From: Alphaproteobacteria bacterium
GTDB taxonomy: Bacteria; Pseudomonadota; Alphaproteobacteria; JAPOUT01; G958296285
Reading direction: 5' to 3'
DNA length: 64,000 bases
NCBI GenBank assembly: GCA_965204775.1
Contig: CBDBFH010000029.1
Coordinates: 1-64,000 of the forward strand
Both the position numbers and the translations under genes were made by a program. Shown here one piece after another: positions 31,520-42,602 of the stretch (positions are counted from its first letter, which is position 1; each line of letters begins with the position of its first letter). The notes below the pieces were generated by a model, which did not search any database, was not told where the DNA came from, and saw nothing but the letters and a program-made list of their open reading frames with translations.

Positions 31520-32836
31520 ATGCCGAAGTTCACGAAAATCGCGCTTGCCATTTTTCTGACCGGGCTGCTGGCGCAGGCCCCGGCGGCAAGGGCCGAAGAG
31601 AATCTCGCCGATCTCAAAACCCGCGCCGAGGCAGGCGAAGCCGATTCGCAATTCTATCTGGGCGTTCTTTACAGGAAGGGCTGGGGTGTTGCGCAGGATC
31701 ACGGGCAGGCGGCGCGCTGGTTTCGCAAGGCTGCCGAACAGGGGAATGCACTCGCGCAATCTGTTCTGGGCGCGCTCTACGTGCAAGGCCAGGGCGTAGC
31801 GCAGGATTACGGGCAGGCGGTGCAGTGGTATCGCAAAGCCGCCGAACAGGGGAATGCATCCGCGCAAGCGGGTTTGGGTGCGCTCTACGAGCAAGGCCGG
31901 GGTGTAAAGCAGGATTCCGCTCAGGCGGTGCGCTGGTTTCGCAAGGCCGCCGAACGGGGGAGTGCACCCGCGCAAGCTGGTCTGGGCGCACTCTACGAGC
32001 AAGGCTGGGGCGTGGCGCAGGATTCCGCTCAGGCGGCGCGCTGGTATCGCAAAGCCGCCAAACAGGGCTATGCAGATGCACAAATCAATTTGGGCCTTCT
32101 CTATGCGACGGGTCAGGGCGTGGCGCAGGATTACGCGCAGGCGGCGCAGTGGTTTCATAAAGCTGCCGAACAGGGGGTGGCAGACGCGCAGGCCGTTTTG
32201 GGTGCTCTCTACGCAGAAGGGGAGGGAGTGGCACAGGATCACGGGCGGGCGGCGCATTGGTATCGCAAGGCCGCTAAACAGGGAAATGCAGACGCGCAAT
32301 ACAATCTAGGCGTTTTCTATGAAAAAGGCCGGGGTGTGGCGCAGGATTATGCGCAGGCAGCGCGCTTGTGGCACAAGTCTGCCGATCAGGGGTTTGGAGA
32401 AGCGCAACACAATCTGGGCGTTCTCTACGAGAATGGACGGGGCGTAGCACAGGATTATGGGCGCGCGGCGCAATGGTATCGCAAGGCCGCCGAACAGGGA
32501 TATGCACAAGCACAAAACAATCTGGGCCTTCTCTACGCGAAAGGCCAAGGCGTAGCGCAGGAGGAAGCACAGGCAGTGCAGTGGTTTCGCAAGGCCGCCG
32601 GTCAGGGATTGGCAGAAGCACAATATAGTCTGGGTGCTCTTTATAAGCTAGGCCGGGGCGTGGCACAGGACGATAAGGAGGCTTATATCTGGTATAGCCT
32701 TGCCGCCGCCAATGGTTATGAACGGGCTAAAAAATCGCGTGATGGAGCGGCTTTGAATCTTTCCCCAAAGGCTCTGCGAGAGGCGCGGGCAGAGGCGAAG
32801 CGGCGTCTGGAAGAAATCAGGGCGCGGCAGAAGTAA
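31520..32836 (+). CDS. secreted Sel1-like repeat protein, paralog 2
   Basis: Same signal peptide and about 10 Sel1 repeats; the ORF track's upstream extension to 31436 is leader sequence. Confidence 0.85.
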   Translation: MPKFTKIALAIFLTGLLAQAPAARAEENLADLKTRAEAGEADSQFYLGVLYRKGWGVAQDHGQAARWFRKAAEQGNALAQSVLGALYVQGQGVAQDYGQAVQWYRKAAEQGNASAQAGLGALYEQGRGVKQDSAQAVRWFRKAAERGSAPAQAGLGALYEQGWGVAQDSAQAARWYRKAAKQGYADAQINLGLLYATGQGVAQDYAQAAQWFHKAAEQGVADAQAVLGALYAEGEGVAQDHGRAAHWYRKAAKQGNADAQYNLGVFYEKGRGVAQDYAQAARLWHKSADQGFGEAQHNLGVLYENGRGVAQDYGRAAQWYRKAAEQGYAQAQNNLGLLYAKGQGVAQEEAQAVQWFRKAAGQGLAEAQYSLGALYKLGRGVAQDDKEAYIWYSLAAANGYERAKKSRDGAALNLSPKALREARAEAKRRLEEIRARQK

Positions 32837-33190
32837 ATGCCGGAATTCTTGAAAACCGCCCCGATCTTTCTGATTGCCCTTCTGGTTGCCTGTGCGCCGG
32901 TGGTGAAAGATCGCGTGGGGGGCGAGGGTGTCGCCTCCTTGCAGGCCCGCGCCGAGGCAGGCGAAGCCGAGGCGCAATTCGATCTGGGCCTTCTCTACAA
33001 GCAAGGCAGGGGCGTGACGCAGGATTATAAGGAGGCTTATATCTGGTATAGCCTCGGGGCGGCCAATGGGTATAGCTCAGCTGAAGCAGGGCGTGATGAA
33101 GTGGCGGCGAGGCTTTCCCCAAAGGCCCAGCGCGAAGCCCAAAAAGAGGCGAAGCGGCGTCTCCAGAAAATCAGGGCGCGGCAGAAGTAA
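32837..33190 (+). CDS. small Sel1-repeat lipoprotein (single SLR unit)
   Basis: TAAATG junction with paralog 2; lipobox LLVACAP; one Sel1 repeat plus the shared C-terminal tail. Confidence 0.7.
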   Translation: MPEFLKTAPIFLIALLVACAPVVKDRVGGEGVASLQARAEAGEAEAQFDLGLLYKQGRGVTQDYKEAYIWYSLGAANGYSSAEAGRDEVAARLSPKAQREAQKEAKRRLQKIRARQK

Positions 33191-33260
33191 GCGCAGGGAC
33201 GCGGCCCGCAGGCGCGACCCGTTTGCGGGCCGGCCTGTTACAGGCAAGCCTGTCGCAGGC

Positions 33261-33354
33261 TGATCTCCTGCCGTAGGGGCGGAGTGCCGCCTCCGGCAGA
33301 TATCTCTTGACGGGGCAGGGCTTCAAACCCCATCCTCCCACAGGAGAGAGATAC
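33261..33354 (+). promoter_or_regulatory. diverged copy 3 of the Sel1 leader/promoter block
   Basis: Contains ccgcctccggcagatatctcttgacggggcagggcttcaaacc...caggagagag. Confidence 0.3.
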
Positions 33355-34602
33355 ATGCCGAAATTCACGAAAATCACGCTCGCCTTTTTCCTCACCGGAA
33401 TGCTGGCGCAGGCCCCGGTGACAAGCGCCGAAGAGAACCTCGCCGATCTCAAAACCCGCGCCGAGGACGGACAGGCGGCGCAGTGGTATCGCAAAGCCGC
33501 CGAACAGGGAGAGGTGGCCGCGCAAAACAATCTGGGCGTTCTCTATGGGACAGGGGAGGGCGTGACGCAGGGGTGGGGGAAGGCAGTGCAGTGGTGGCGC
33601 AAAGCCGCCGAGCAGGGAGATGCAGTAGCGCAATACAAACTGGGCGTTCTCTACGAGAAAGGCCAGGGTGTGGCGCAGGATTACGCGCAGGCGGCGCAGT
33701 GGTATCGCAAGGCCGCCGAACAAGGGGTTGCAGAAGCACAATACAATCTGGGCGTTCTCTACGCGCAAGGCCGGGGCGTGGCGCAGGATTCCGCTCAGGC
33801 GGCGCAGTGGTATCGCAAGGCCGCCGAACAAGGATTTGCAGAAGCACAATACAATCTGGGCGTTCTCTATGGGACAGGGGAGGGCGTGACGCAGGGTTGG
33901 GGGAAGGCGGTGCAGTGGTGGCGCAAAGCCGCCGAACAGGGAGATGCTGTAGCGCAATACAAGCTGGGCGTTCTCTACGAGAAAGGCCAGGGTGTGGCGC
34001 AGGATTCCACTCAGGCCGCGCAGTGGATTCGCAAGGCCGCCGAACAGGGAGAGGTAAACGCACAGCGCACTTTGGCCTTTCTCTACGAGAAAGGCCGGGG
34101 TGTGCCGCAGGATTCCGCTCAGGCCGCGCAGTGGTTTCGCAAGGCCGCCGAACAGGGAGATGCGAGCGCGCAAAACAGTCTGGGCTTTCTCTACGAGAAA
34201 GGCCGGGGTGTGCCGCAGGATTCCGCTCAGGCCGCGCAGTGGATTCGCAAGGCCGCCGAACAGGGAAATGCACTTGCGCAAGCCAGGCTGGGCTTTCTCT
34301 ACGAGCAAGGCCGGGGTGTGGCGCAGGATTCCACTCAGGCCGCGCAGTGGTTTCGCAAGGCCGCCGAACAGGGACATGCACCCGCGCAAGCTGGTCTGGG
34401 CATTCTCTACGCTCAAGGCTGGGGCGTGGCGCAGGATTATAAGGAGGCTTATATCTGGTATAGCCTCGGGGCGGCCAATGGGTATAGCTCAGCTGAAGCA
34501 GGGCGTGATGAAGTGGCGGCGAGGCTTTCCCCAAAGGCCCAGCGCGAAGCCCAAAAAGAGGCGAAGCGGCGTCTCCAGCAAATCAGGGCGCGGCAGAAGT
34601 AA
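33355..34602 (+). CDS. secreted Sel1-like repeat protein, paralog 4
   Basis: Signal peptide MPKFTKITLAFFLTGMLAQAPVTSA followed by about 10 Sel1 repeats; an internal repeat block GTGEGVTQGWGKAVQWWRKAAEQGDAVAQYKLGVLYEKGQGVAQD is duplicated. Confidence 0.85.
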   Translation: MPKFTKITLAFFLTGMLAQAPVTSAEENLADLKTRAEDGQAAQWYRKAAEQGEVAAQNNLGVLYGTGEGVTQGWGKAVQWWRKAAEQGDAVAQYKLGVLYEKGQGVAQDYAQAAQWYRKAAEQGVAEAQYNLGVLYAQGRGVAQDSAQAAQWYRKAAEQGFAEAQYNLGVLYGTGEGVTQGWGKAVQWWRKAAEQGDAVAQYKLGVLYEKGQGVAQDSTQAAQWIRKAAEQGEVNAQRTLAFLYEKGRGVPQDSAQAAQWFRKAAEQGDASAQNSLGFLYEKGRGVPQDSAQAAQWIRKAAEQGNALAQARLGFLYEQGRGVAQDSTQAAQWFRKAAEQGHAPAQAGLGILYAQGWGVAQDYKEAYIWYSLGAANGYSSAEAGRDEVAARLSPKAQREAQKEAKRRLQQIRARQK

Positions 34603-34945
34603 GCGCAGGGACGCGGCCCGCAGGCCTGCGCCCTTTGTGATTCGCCCGGCGCTTCGCACGGCGGAAAACCCGGACATTGGCGCAAATCTCCTTGCGCGCC
34701 ATCCGCGCCTGCGCCAGCGAATAAGCCTGCTGAAGGCGCAGCATAAAGTCGGCATCCAGTCCAAACGCCTTCTCAATCCGCAACGCCATTTCCGCAGACA
34801 AATTCACCCGCCCGTTGACCATCGCCGAAACCGACTGACGGCTCATCCCCAAAATCTCCGCCGCCTGCTTGATCGAAACTCCAAGGGGCTTCAAAACCCC
34901 CTCCAGAATTATCTCGCCGGGGTGGCTTGGATCATACATCGGCAT
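34583..34945 (-). CDS. higA: HigA family addiction-module antitoxin (XRE HTH)
   Basis: PMYDPSHPGEIILEGVLKPLGVSIKQAAEILGMSRQSVSAMVNGR; the last 14 codons are antisense of the Sel1 paralog-4 3' end. Confidence 0.8.
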   Translation of the reverse strand: MPMYDPSHPGEIILEGVLKPLGVSIKQAAEILGMSRQSVSAMVNGRVNLSAEMALRIEKAFGLDADFMLRLQQAYSLAQARMARKEICANVRVFRRAKRRANHKGRRPAGRVPALTSAAP

Positions 34946-35007
34946 TTTCAGTCACTCCCTGCCTTGCCCGGGCAAGTGTAAAGCGGAGGTTGACGCCTGT
35001 CAACCCC

Positions 35008-35298
35008 CTAGTGATAATCTTCGAGAGAGACGTCGTAGACGTCCTGTCCGTCAAAGCGGAATGTGACCCGCCAGTTCCCGGAAATCCGGACGCTCCAGAA
35101 ACCCCTTCTACTGCCCCCCAAAGGGTGAAGGCGGTAGCCGGGCAGGCCATCAAATGCATCAAGGGAGGTCATCTTATCCAGCAGGGCCAAAACCTGCTTC
35201 AATCTTTCGGCAAAGTCAGGGTTGATACCCTTCCGGCTCCCGGTCTTATAGAATCTTTCCAATCTCTTATTCTTATTGGCAAAGGTTTTTATGGACAT
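35008..35298 (-). CDS. higB: HigB toxin (RelE/ParE superfamily mRNA interferase)
   Basis: 96 aa; plasmid-maintenance killer-protein pattern (FDGLPGYRLHPLGGSRRGFWSVRISGNWRVTFRF); located upstream of higA; reduced GC. Confidence 0.8.
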   Translation of the reverse strand: MSIKTFANKNKRLERFYKTGSRKGINPDFAERLKQVLALLDKMTSLDAFDGLPGYRLHPLGGSRRGFWSVRISGNWRVTFRFDGQDVYDVSLEDYH

Positions 35299-35443
35299 TT
35301 TTGTCTCATTTCGCCTCCAAGAGGTTATTATTTATATATGTAGTGATAAGGACATTTTTGGACACTTATTCAGGCAAATTTTGCACTTTTTTTGCACTGA
35401 ACGTGCGGGCCTAAATTTCCTCACAGGCTGACAATCACCTCCT

Positions 35444-35710
35444 TCAACTAAAGATTAAACCAAGCAACGCAAGAATTAGCATAGGAATTCCTATTAGCAA
35501 AAATGCCCAAAATCCTATTACAAGGATGATAAAAATACCTGCCAAAATAAAGGGTAACAACAATGCCCCTAACACTGCCCCCAGTAATGCACCTCCAATT
35601 ACTCCTAATATTCCTCCACCAGAACCCCAGATTCCCCCGATAATCATGCCTATGAAAGCTCCGAAATCTTCGGCATCTCGATCGCCATTCGGTATCTTGC
35701 CCCTATCCAT
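35444..35710 (-). CDS. small glycine-zipper membrane protein (about 88-99 aa)
   Basis: Charged N-terminus followed by GxxxG-rich double TM (IGGIWGSGGGILGVIGGALLGAVLGALL...); markedly AT-rich (about 40% GC); the longer start at 35743 would overlap tldD. Confidence 0.4.
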   Translation of the reverse strand: MDRGKIPNGDRDAEDFGAFIGMIIGGIWGSGGGILGVIGGALLGAVLGALLLPFILAGIFIILVIGFWAFLLIGIPMLILALLGLIFS

Positions 35711-35723
35711 TCGCTTTGGCCGA

Positions 35724-37151
35724 TTAAGTTTTCGTGCCTCCAACCGTCAACCCCGCAATCAGAAGACTCGGCTGGCCAACCCCGACCGGTACGCTCTGCC
35801 CGTCCTTGCCGCACGTCCCGATCCCCGGATCCAGCGCCATGTCATTCCCGATCATCTTCACCTTCGTCAAAACATCCGGCCCGTTGCCAATCAACATCGC
35901 TCCCTTTAACGGCGCCCCAATCTTGCCGTTCTCAATCCGGTACGCTTCCGTGCACGAAAACACAAACTTGCCGCTCGTAATGTCAACCTGACCACCACCA
36001 AAATAGGGCGCGTATATCCCACTCTTCACCGAACCAATCATCTCCTCCCGGTCATGAACACCGTTCAGCATGAACGTGTTCGTCATGCGCGGCATCGGAA
36101 CATGCGCATACGACTCCCGCCGCCCGTTACCCGTCGGCGCGCGACCCATAACCCGCGCATTCAGACGGTCCTGTATGCAACAACGCAAAATCCCGTCCTC
36201 AATCAATACCGTCCGCGACGCCGGAGTCCCCTCGTCGTCAATCGTCAATGATCCCCGACGGTCCGGCAACGTCCCGTCATCCACAACCGTCACTCCAGGC
36301 GAGGCAATCCGCTTGCCCTCCAGACCCGCAAAGGCCGACGTCCCCTTCCGGTGAAAATCCCCCTCCAATCCATGACCCACCGCCTCATGCAGCAAAATCC
36401 CCGGCCAGCCCGAACCCAAAACCACATCCATCTCTCCCGCAGGCGCTGGAACCGAACCCAAATTCACCAATGCCTGACGCAATGCCTCGTCAACCTGACC
36501 GCGCCAGCAACCCGGCTCTATGATCCGCCCATAACCATAACGCCCGCCGGAGCCGCTCATCCCAGACTCCCGCCGCCCACCGCCCTCAACAATCACCTGA
36601 ACCGAAAGACGAACCAAAGGCCGAATGTCAAAAACTACACCCCCGGAACGCACAATCCCCACAACCTGCCACTCCCCCGACAACGACGCGCTCACCTGCC
36701 TGACCCGGCTGTCACGACCCCGCGCATAGACGTCCATCTCGCGCAGCAGCGCAACCTTGTCCTCAAATCCCTCCCCCTCCAGAGGATCGTCCCCGCCATA
36801 GGCGCGCGCATTCGTCCGCCGCGGAGCCAAAGCCGCACCGCCCCCTCCGCCCCGCAAAACCGAACGAACCGTCTCCCCCGCCCGCCTCAGCGAACCCTCC
36901 GAAATCTCCGAACTATGCGCATAGCCCGTCCGCTCGCCCGAAACCGCCCGCAAGCCAACGCCGCTCGTCTCGTCAAAACGCGCCGTCCTGATCCGCCCGT
37001 CGTCCAGACCCACCGACTCCGAGCGCCGAAACTCAAAAAACGCCTCACCATCATCACAACCGCGCAACGCCTCGCCAACCAAACGCTCCACACGCCCCCG
37101 GTCCAGACCGTGACGCGAAAACAAAAACTCCTCCGCTCGCGCCCCCATCAC
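35724..37151 (-). CDS. tldD: metalloprotease TldD
   Basis: HEAVGHGLEGD, GNGRRESYAHVPMPRMTNT and GGQVDITSGKFVF motifs; collinear with E. coli TldD over its full length. Confidence 0.9.
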   Translation of the reverse strand: MMGARAEEFLFSRHGLDRGRVERLVGEALRGCDDGEAFFEFRRSESVGLDDGRIRTARFDETSGVGLRAVSGERTGYAHSSEISEGSLRRAGETVRSVLRGGGGGAALAPRRTNARAYGGDDPLEGEGFEDKVALLREMDVYARGRDSRVRQVSASLSGEWQVVGIVRSGGVVFDIRPLVRLSVQVIVEGGGRRESGMSGSGGRYGYGRIIEPGCWRGQVDEALRQALVNLGSVPAPAGEMDVVLGSGWPGILLHEAVGHGLEGDFHRKGTSAFAGLEGKRIASPGVTVVDDGTLPDRRGSLTIDDEGTPASRTVLIEDGILRCCIQDRLNARVMGRAPTGNGRRESYAHVPMPRMTNTFMLNGVHDREEMIGSVKSGIYAPYFGGGQVDITSGKFVFSCTEAYRIENGKIGAPLKGAMLIGNGPDVLTKVKMIGNDMALDPGIGTCGKDGQSVPVGVGQPSLLIAGLTVGGTKT

Positions 37152-37567
37152 GCCACCGATACCAAACGCCCCGGAAGCTGCGACAGATCAATCCGAACCC
37201 GCCGCGGCGCACATTGATACATCGGATATTGCACAACCTCCAAAGAACCCAAATTAAACAAAAACGTCCCATTAATCCGCCCAAACCACGAATCCCACTG
37301 CATAAACCGCCACGACTCCCAGCCCGGCGGCGGTGGACCAACAATGTCCTCAACCAGATGCGCATGAACCGCACAAAAACCCGCCACACACCGCCCCGGA
37401 TGATCCCGGTCAAAATAAGCCGCCGCCTCACCCAAAAGCACAGGCGTCTCCATCCCCTGCGAGCCCAGATGAACCCCGCAGGAAATCTGCCCGCCCAGAT
37501 GAAAATGAATCAGCGCCTCGTCACGCACCGCCAAGCCTCCGGCATCAAAATCCCCGCACGGCAACAA
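37148..37567 (-). CDS. hypothetical Cys/His-containing protein (139 aa)
   Basis: ATGA overlap with the tldD start; no family recognised; opposite-strand ORFs are Pro/Arg-rich junk. Confidence 0.35.
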   Translation of the reverse strand: MLPCGDFDAGGLAVRDEALIHFHLGGQISCGVHLGSQGMETPVLLGEAAAYFDRDHPGRCVAGFCAVHAHLVEDIVGPPPPGWESWRFMQWDSWFGRINGTFLFNLGSLEVVQYPMYQCAPRRVRIDLSQLPGRLVSVA

Positions 37568-37668
37568 TCATACAGCCACCCGGCCCCGCGATAAAAGAGG
37601 CTTTGCCACAAACCCGCTTTTTCTGCTAAAAACCCACAGGAGACCCATTTCCATCGGCCACCAAAATC

Positions 37669-40079
<2,411 letters not shown>

Positions 40080-40083
40080 CCCC

Positions 40084-41031
40084 ATGAACGGGCCAGCCGC
40101 AGACCCCGCCCTGGACTCCGCCCTTATCGGAGAGGCCCCGGCCCGCGAAGCAGGCCCGCGCGAGTTCTTCGCCCTGATGAAGCCGCGCGTCATGAGCCTG
40201 GTTCTCTTCACCGGCCTCGCCGGAATGATCGCCGCCCCCGGCGCGATCCATCCGGTTCTGGCCTGCGCCGCCCTCCTCTTCATGGCCCTCGGCGCGGGCG
40301 GGGCCGCCGCGCTCAATATGTGGTATGAGGCCGACCGCGACGCCCTGATGCCGCGAACCGCAAACCGCGTCCTCCCGCAAGGGCGCATGGAGCCGGGCGA
40401 CGCCCTCGGTTTCGGAATCGGCCTCTCGCTCTTTGCCACCGCCGGAATGGCCGTCTTCGTCAGCCCGCTCGCCGCTCTCCTCCTCGCCGCAACCATCGCC
40501 TTCTACGTCCTCGTCTATACGGTCTGGCTCAAGCCGCGCTCGGCGCAGAATATCGTCATCGGCGGGGCCGCCGGAGCCTTGCCCCCGGTGATCGGATGGG
40601 CGGCGGCGGCGTATTCCCTTGCGCTGGAGCCGATAGCCCTTTTTGCGATCATCTTTCTCTGGACGCCTCCCCATTTCTGGGCGCTGGCCCTGTTGCGCGC
40701 CCGCGAATATGAAGCCGCCGGACTCCCTATGCTGCCCGTTACCGCCGGGCCGCGCGCAACCGCCGTCCAGAGCCTGTTTTATGCCGTCCTCCTGCTCCCT
40801 GCCGCCCTCGCCCCCGCCTTCCTTGGCGGCGCCGGGCCAATTTACGCCGCTGCCGCCGCCCTCCTCAGCCTCGGCATGATCGCCGCCGCCGCCCGCCTCC
40901 TCCATCGCTGTTGGCGGCGTCCGAACCAAATCGCCGCCCCGGCCCGCGCCCTCTTCAAATTCTCAATCCTCTATCTCTTCGCCCTCTTCCTCGCCCTTAT
41001 CGCCGACCGCGCCCTCTCCGGCTCGCTCTAA
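40084..41031 (+). CDS. ctaB: protoheme IX farnesyltransferase (heme o synthase)
   Basis: UbiA-family polytopic membrane protein; FALMKPRV and WTPPHFWALAL motifs. Confidence 0.85.
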   Translation: MNGPAADPALDSALIGEAPAREAGPREFFALMKPRVMSLVLFTGLAGMIAAPGAIHPVLACAALLFMALGAGGAAALNMWYEADRDALMPRTANRVLPQGRMEPGDALGFGIGLSLFATAGMAVFVSPLAALLLAATIAFYVLVYTVWLKPRSAQNIVIGGAAGALPPVIGWAAAAYSLALEPIALFAIIFLWTPPHFWALALLRAREYEAAGLPMLPVTAGPRATAVQSLFYAVLLLPAALAPAFLGGAGPIYAAAAALLSLGMIAAAARLLHRCWRRPNQIAAPARALFKFSILYLFALFLALIADRALSGSL

Positions 41032-41201
41032 TGTCCGCCCCCGGAACGCCCCCAACCCTCCCGCGCTGGACGCAGCGCACACTCAAGCAACGCCGCGCCC
41101 GCGCCCTCGCCCTCGCCCTCTTCCTCGCCGGATTCGTCATCCTCATCGTGCTGGTGACAATCGTCAGGCTGGGTGGTAATGTCGCAACGCGGGCCATCTG
41201 A
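41031..41201 (+). CDS. small single-TM protein in the cta cluster (56 aa)
   Basis: TAATG junction with ctaB; MSAPG...ALALALFLAGFVILIVLVTIV. Confidence 0.3.
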   Translation: MSAPGTPPTLPRWTQRTLKQRRARALALALFLAGFVILIVLVTIVRLGGNVATRAI

Positions 41202-41232
41202 TCCGCCGCCCGGCGCGCATGGGAGCAGAACC

Positions 41233-41769
41233 TTGAAAAACAATACGCGACGCACCGGCCTCATCTGCCTCGCCGCCGCCGGAGCCATGCTCGGCCTCTC
41301 CTTCGCCTCCGTCCCCCTCTACCGCCTCTTCTGCCAGATAACCGGATATGGCGGACAGCCTCAAATCCAGGCCGTCCCCTATCAGACCCCCGCCGAAAAT
41401 GCCCGCGAAGTCACTATCCGCTTCGACGCCAGCACCGCGAACGGCCTCAACTGGGAATTCGCCCCGGCAACCGAACCCGTCCGCCTCAAACTCGGCGAAA
41501 GCGTCACCGCAACCTATCGCGCCCGCAACCGCGATCCCCGCCCGGTCAGCGGATCGGCGACCTTCAACGTCACCCCACACAAGGCCGCCTTCTATCTTAA
41601 CAAAATCGGCTGCTTCTGCTTCCAGAAGCAAACCCTCGCCGCCGGAGAAGCCGCCGATATGAAAGTCATCTTCTCGGTCAGCCCCGCCATCGAACAAAAT
41701 CCCGAAATGAGCGACGTGCAAACCCTCACCCTCTCCTACACCTTCCACCCCCTGCCCGAAGACGGCTGA
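41233..41769 (+). CDS. ctaG: cytochrome c oxidase assembly protein CtaG/Cox11
   Basis: SFASVPLYRLFCQITGYGG and CFCF copper-binding motifs; start uncertain (TTG 41233, or GTG/ATG at 41173/41179). Confidence 0.75.
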   Translation: MKNNTRRTGLICLAAAGAMLGLSFASVPLYRLFCQITGYGGQPQIQAVPYQTPAENAREVTIRFDASTANGLNWEFAPATEPVRLKLGESVTATYRARNRDPRPVSGSATFNVTPHKAAFYLNKIGCFCFQKQTLAAGEAADMKVIFSVSPAIEQNPEMSDVQTLTLSYTFHPLPEDG

Positions 41770-41774
41770 GCGCC

Positions 41775-42602
41775 ATGGCCAGCGGACACGCCAATCACCA
41801 CGATTATCATCTGGTCGCGCCAAGCCCCTGGCCGGCCATCGGCTCCATCGCCGCCTTCGTCCTCGCTCTGGGCGCGATCCTGTTCTTCCGCGGCTTCGGG
41901 CCCTGGATCATGATCCTCGGCATGGCAGGCCTCGCCTACACCATGGCCGGATGGTGGCGCGACGTCGTCCTCGAAGCCAGACACGGAGACCATACGCCCG
42001 TCGTACAGATCCATCTGCGCTACGGAATGATCCTCTTCATCATCTCCGAAATCCTCTTCTTCGCCGCCTGGTTCTGGGCCTATTTCAACGCCAGCCTCTT
42101 CCCCGCCGACCCCGCTCAGGCCATGCGCACCGAACTCTTCGCAGGCGTCTGGCCCCCGCAGGGAATCAAAGTCTTCAATCCCTGGGACATCCCCTTCCTC
42201 AACACCCTGGTCCTGCTCACCTCCGGAACCACCATCACCTGGGCGCATCACGCGCTCCTCGAAGGCGACCGCGAAGGCCTCCGGCGCGGCCTCGCGCTGA
42301 CCATCGTCCTCGGCATCCTCTTCACCGCCCTCCAAGTCTATGAATACACCCACGCCGCCTTCGGCTTCTCCGGACATATCTACGGCGCAACCTTCTTCAT
42401 GGCCACCGGCTTCCACGGCCTCCACGTCATCATTGGAACCCTCTTCCTCATCGTCTGCTTCTTCCGCGTCCGCGCCGGAGACTTCACCCCCCAACAGCAT
42501 TTCGGCTTCGAAGCCGCCGCCTGGTACTGGCATTTCGTCGACGTCGTCTGGCTCTTCCTCTTCGCCTGCATCTATATCTGGGGGGCAGGCGCCGCCGCGT
42601 GA
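41775..42602 (+). CDS. coxC: cytochrome c oxidase subunit III
   Basis: HDYHLV and TGFHGLHVIIGT motifs; 275 aa. Confidence 0.9.
   Translation: MASGHANHHDYHLVAPSPWPAIGSIAAFVLALGAILFFRGFGPWIMILGMAGLAYTMAGWWRDVVLEARHGDHTPVVQIHLRYGMILFIISEILFFAAWFWAYFNASLFPADPAQAMRTELFAGVWPPQGIKVFNPWDIPFLNTLVLLTSGTTITWAHHALLEGDREGLRRGLALTIVLGILFTALQVYEYTHAAFGFSGHIYGATFFMATGFHGLHVIIGTLFLIVCFFRVRAGDFTPQQHFGFEAAAWYWHFVDVVWLFLFACIYIWGAGAAA

Noticed and set aside
30110-34534. Multiple long ORFs on the minus strand and in alternative plus frames through the Sel1 array (e.g. 30110..31177, 31250..32299, 33238..34416, 33449..34534, 30180..31034, 33483..34442)
   Set aside because: They are periodic mirror translations of the 36-codon Sel1 repeat (…ILRHAPA…, …RRTG.C…). 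Only the plus frame gives the Sel1 consensus, signal peptides and proper stops.
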